DNA from: Candidatus Cloacimonadales bacterium
GTDB lineage: Bacteria; Cloacimonadota; Cloacimonadia; Cloacimonadales; JAIOQZ01
DNA: 64,000 nt
Direction of reading: 5' to 3'
Assembly: GCA_963665815.1 (NCBI GenBank)
Contig: OY762463.1
Span: 992,001 to 1,056,000 of the forward strand
Part shown: in pieces, positions 60,775-64,000 of the stretch
Layout of the letters: each line of letters opens with the position of its first letter
How positions within the stretch are numbered: position 1 is the first letter of the stretch
Notes under the pieces: model-generated
Databases searched by the model: none
What the model was told of the DNA's origin: nothing
The model's input: the letters and a program-made list of their open reading frames with translations, nothing else
Made by a program: the position numbers and the translations under genes

Positions 60775-61425
60775 ATGGATAATCAGATATTTCTTTATTA
60801 TTACAGCTTCAAGGATATCGAAGAAGATTTTTCTATCAGCAATAGAAGGCCATTGATTGCATCCTTACAAAAAGAAGCAGAACGCTACCGTTTTATTGCC
60901 GATCGCAACAGATTTATTACCGGTAGACTGCTTATAAGACACGCTTTGAGTCAACATGGATTTGAGGATGTTACATTATCTGACATACTTTACTCTGACT
61001 GTCTTAAACCCAGGTTTGATTTTCCATTTTACTTCAATTTAAGTCACTCCGGTAAATATATCATTCTTGCTGTATCTCTTAACAATGATGTTGGTTGTGA
61101 TATAGAGTTCCATAACCCCAATCTTGACTTCAGCGAGTTTTCTTCATTCTTTACGGATGAAGAACTGAGTTTAATTTCAACCTCTCCCCTACCTGTGAAA
61201 TCCTTTTTTGATTTATGGACAATCAAAGAATCCCTGCTTAAAGCCGACGGTCGAGGAATGCACTTCCCTCCCAAATCAATCAGACTTCAAAATAATTATG
61301 GAATGCTGGACAACGAAAAAATCTACTTCAGAATCACTGAAATTGCTGAGCAATACTCAACATCAATTGCATGCACAGAAAATTTTGATACTATTAAATT
61401 TATAGAAGTAACCAATTTGATTTAG
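60775..61425 (+). CDS. Sfp-type 4'-phosphopantetheinyl transferase
   Basis: FNLSHSG, VGCDIE, WTIKESLLKADG.G. Confidence 0.92.
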   Translation: MDNQIFLYYYSFKDIEEDFSISNRRPLIASLQKEAERYRFIADRNRFITGRLLIRHALSQHGFEDVTLSDILYSDCLKPRFDFPFYFNLSHSGKYIILAVSLNNDVGCDIEFHNPNLDFSEFSSFFTDEELSLISTSPLPVKSFFDLWTIKESLLKADGRGMHFPPKSIRLQNNYGMLDNEKIYFRITEIAEQYSTSIACTENFDTIKFIEVTNLI

Positions 61426-61568
61426 TTCTGATAATTGTCTGATTATCTCCGACAGTGTAATTACACCCGGTAAATTACTTAAAATCAGGCGTTGACAGCA
61501 TGTTCAATCACACACTTCTGGCACAAAAATAAACAATAAAAGCACCAGCATGCTTTACAGGAGATATT

Positions 61569-62417
61569 GTGTTATACTTATTATTAGTGTCCTTTACTTG
61601 GGCTTTTTCTTTCGGTTTAATCAAAGGTATCCTAACCGGTGTTAACCCGATTCTCGTTTCATTCATCAGACTCAGCATTTCTCTGGTGATTTTCATGCCT
61701 TTCCTCAGGATTTCAAAACTAAACTTCAGGCAAATGAAGAGTCTATTCCTCATTGGAGCAGTGCAATTTGGAGTAATGTATGTTTCTTACATATCTGCAT
61801 ACAAGTACTTGCTTGCCTGGCAGATTGCTCTTTTCACGATTTTTACACCGATTTACGTAACAATTATTAACGATTTATATAAAAAGAAATTTTCTATTAT
61901 CCCGCTTTTCGCTGCAATACTATCAATTGTTGGAACGCTGATTATTATGTTTAAAACAGGCGAACCTGGACCATTCCTTAAAGGTTTTACTCTTGTGCAA
62001 ATATCTAATATCAGCTTTGCCTGGGGACAGATTGCTTATAAAAAAATGAATTTTCCTGTAAATTTCAAGCAGGTTAATGCATTTGCCATATCCTATCTTG
62101 GAGCAGTAGTTCTGACAGGTATTTCTGCAGCACTTACAGTTGATTTCTCTGTAGTAGCATTCACTGCAAAACAAGTTTATACATTAATCTATCTCGGTGC
62201 AATAGCTTCTGGAATCTGTTTCTTCCTCTGGAACTATGGAGCAAAGAAAACAAGTGCAGGCTTACTTGCAGTAATGAATAACCTGAAGATACCTTTGGCT
62301 GTAGTCTGCTCACTACTTTTCTGGCATGAACAGGCAAACATTACAAGACTTGCACTTGGCTCTGTTGTCATCGTAGCTGCTATGATGCTGAACAAATTTA
62401 AACGTAAATCACTATAA
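61569..62417 (+). CDS. EamA/DMT-family transporter (YigM/BioP-like)
   Basis: WAFSFGLI, FT.FTP.Y, SG..FFLWNYG, MNNLKIP; about 10 TM. Confidence 0.88.
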   Translation: MLYLLLVSFTWAFSFGLIKGILTGVNPILVSFIRLSISLVIFMPFLRISKLNFRQMKSLFLIGAVQFGVMYVSYISAYKYLLAWQIALFTIFTPIYVTIINDLYKKKFSIIPLFAAILSIVGTLIIMFKTGEPGPFLKGFTLVQISNISFAWGQIAYKKMNFPVNFKQVNAFAISYLGAVVLTGISAALTVDFSVVAFTAKQVYTLIYLGAIASGICFFLWNYGAKKTSAGLLAVMNNLKIPLAVVCSLLFWHEQANITRLALGSVVIVAAMMLNKFKRKSL

Positions 62418-62593
62418 TCATTTTGATATAAGACATTAAGAAAGGCTGTCCTGTGGGCAGCCTGTTTCACTCTCACAAAGAACGATCCCCAGACAACTAT
62501 AGCAGCAATTATCAGCAACCCGGTGAACAATTTTCTTGACCATTTTCCACTCATGAGCTCAATTTAGTCATAATATGGAGTAAGGAGACAGGA

Positions 62594-63523
62594 TTGTACG
62601 TAGGTAACACAGCTTTAGTTGTCCAGGAAGACCACTACTACCCGTTCGGAATTAGGTTAGTCGGAATGTCCACCGATACCGGGCAGAATAATAAATTCCT
62701 TTACAACAATAAGGAATACGAAAATGAAAATAAGGTACCTCCTATGGTCTTCGAACTGACGTTCTACAGACTTCGGAGTGGAGACTCTCGCCTACGGCTA
62801 CGAGCTCATTTTTGGAGACTTTCGGGCTATGCCCTGCAAGCTCATTGCTGGATGGCAGTTGATCCAGCTGATGAGTTTTTTAGCCCTGAAGGTGTCTCTT
62901 ATGGTTCTCGGATCGGAATCCTACGAACTTCAGAGACGAGACTCTCGCCTTCGGCTACGAGCTTATATAATGACCCGGTGAACTTCCTTGATCCGGATGG
63001 GGCGGAGCAAACTCCAGCTTACTTAGTTGTAGATATAATGTTGGACTATGTTGAATTAGATGGGAAACTAAGTAACTCAGGCGTAATAGCAAAACTAAAT
63101 GAAGCTGCATCTATTGCAGAGGGTAGATTCAATAGACATAATCCAAATGATTCAGACATACTAAAGGCAAAATATCTGCATGACGGTAAATTTTTAAGAA
63201 GTTGTGCAACAATATCTTCTTCTAACAGTACTATAAAAGGGATAGATACTGGAAAAAAAATAACAGTAGGAGCTGGGGCTCTTGCAGTCGGAGGAGTCGG
63301 TATAAATGCAGCACGAATGGGGGCAAAGCATATGGCACAGCCTTTACTGAATGGTACATATGATCTTATGGCTGGAGGAACTGATGTTCTAAGTTTGGGT
63401 ACAACACTTTTTATAGAAACTCCTCATGTTGACCACAAGGCAATTAAGAAAGATTGGAACTTAAGATATAAATATCAAGATTATGACAGAGGAGATGATG
63501 GATATGATTTTAATGAACTTTGA
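62594..63523 (+). CDS. Orphan RHS-repeat core with C-terminal toxin domain; core interrupted by hairpin elements
   Basis: HYYPFG, FLYNNKE, W.AVDP, NDPVNFLDPDG; TAAGGAG RBS before TTG. Confidence 0.75.
   Translation: MYVGNTALVVQEDHYYPFGIRLVGMSTDTGQNNKFLYNNKEYENENKVPPMVFELTFYRLRSGDSRLRLRAHFWRLSGYALQAHCWMAVDPADEFFSPEGVSYGSRIGILRTSETRLSPSATSLYNDPVNFLDPDGAEQTPAYLVVDIMLDYVELDGKLSNSGVIAKLNEAASIAEGRFNRHNPNDSDILKAKYLHDGKFLRSCATISSSNSTIKGIDTGKKITVGAGALAVGGVGINAARMGAKHMAQPLLNGTYDLMAGGTDVLSLGTTLFIETPHVDHKAIKKDWNLRYKYQDYDRGDDGYDFNEL
62732..62807. repeat. 76-nt structured palindromic element, copy 1
   Basis: Aligns without gaps to 62889-62964; nested stems with compensatory changes. Confidence 0.85.
62815..62843. 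repeat. Partial copy (second hairpin only) of the structured element
   Basis: GAGA-CTT-TC-GGGC-TAT-GCCC-TGC-AAG-CTC, same architecture as 62781-62807. Confidence 0.75.
62889..62964. repeat. 76-nt structured palindromic element, copy 2
   Basis: Same length and stem layout as copy 1. Confidence 0.85.
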
Positions 63524-63553
63524 AAGTTCAATAAATAACAAAAGGAAATATCA

Positions 63554-64000
63554 ATGAGGTACTTACTGATTACTATAGTACTTTTTATAGGTACATTTAC
63601 TCTATATAGTGTTGAACTATTATCCGTTGAACAGTTAAATGAATTTGCGGATTCAATTCGTAGTAAGATGGTAGCAAATGATTTTACTGGAATCTGTATG
63701 ATGGAAAAAGGAATGAGAAACTTTATAACAAATACAGATCAATTATATATGAAGTATGAATCCTTTGATGTTCTTGCAAAGTCATTTATCTTGATCAATG
63801 AATATAGTAAAGCTAAACAATGCTATAGCGACATAACAAAAATACTATCAGTCACTCAAAATACAGTTTACTGTAAATATTGGGTAATTGCTAAATTCAA
63901 AACAATAATTGCAAATAAAAAGCTTAGTTTTGAAGAAAAGATGAAGGAATTAGAAAGATTTAGAGTTTCTGATTTTAAGAATCTTAATGTGACATGCTAT
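63554..64000 (+). CDS. Putative immunity protein with signal peptide (runs off the window end)
   Basis: AAGGA RBS; MRYLLITIVLFIGTFTLYS...; open to 64000; directly follows the RHS toxin. Confidence 0.6.
   Translation, partial: MRYLLITIVLFIGTFTLYSVELLSVEQLNEFADSIRSKMVANDFTGICMMEKGMRNFITNTDQLYMKYESFDVLAKSFILINEYSKAKQCYSDITKILSVTQNTVYCKYWVIAKFKTIIANKKLSFEEKMKELERFRVSDFKNLNVTCY

Noticed and set aside
62732-62964. CRISPR array or tRNA genes
   Set aside because: Repeats covary instead of being identical, spacing is irregular, no cas genes; no T-loop, CCA or cloverleaf despite the 76-nt length
245-62981. Numerous short antisense or out-of-frame ORFs in the track (e.g. 39416-39955, 57720-58145, 46206-46520)
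   Set aside because: Shadows of well-supported genes or of the tRNA, without RBS or recognisable motifs

Overview
AT-rich bacterial chromosome segment, most likely from an anaerobic, diderm FCB-type lineage (Cloacimonadota/Delongbacteria-like; inferred from the C-terminal sorting-like domains and many outer-membrane proteins and lipoproteins). Left to right it holds: an isolated SPP1-type phage portal gene; two giant secreted repeat proteins sharing a C-terminal domain, flanking a DUF134/NifB-NifX/MinD-ferredoxin ATPase operon; a complete speD-pdaD-speE-speB polyamine operon bracketed by two methyltransferase fragments; DAHP synthase; an msbA-like ABC/GT2/rimO cluster; cysteine desulfurase; two hybrid histidine kinases; a Grx-MarR-OsmC-Trx/TlpA redox operon; envelope genes; tRNA-Arg(UCG); an O-methyltransferase pseudogene with an Sfp-type PPTase; and an orphan RHS toxin/immunity module. 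The most unusual signal is in that RHS core. Two ungapped 76-nt copies of a multi-stem hairpin element with compensatory base changes, plus a 29-nt partial copy, sit where conserved Tyr-rich RHS motifs are expected, and the reading frame stays open. All functional calls come from motif recognition by eye; no database searches were run.
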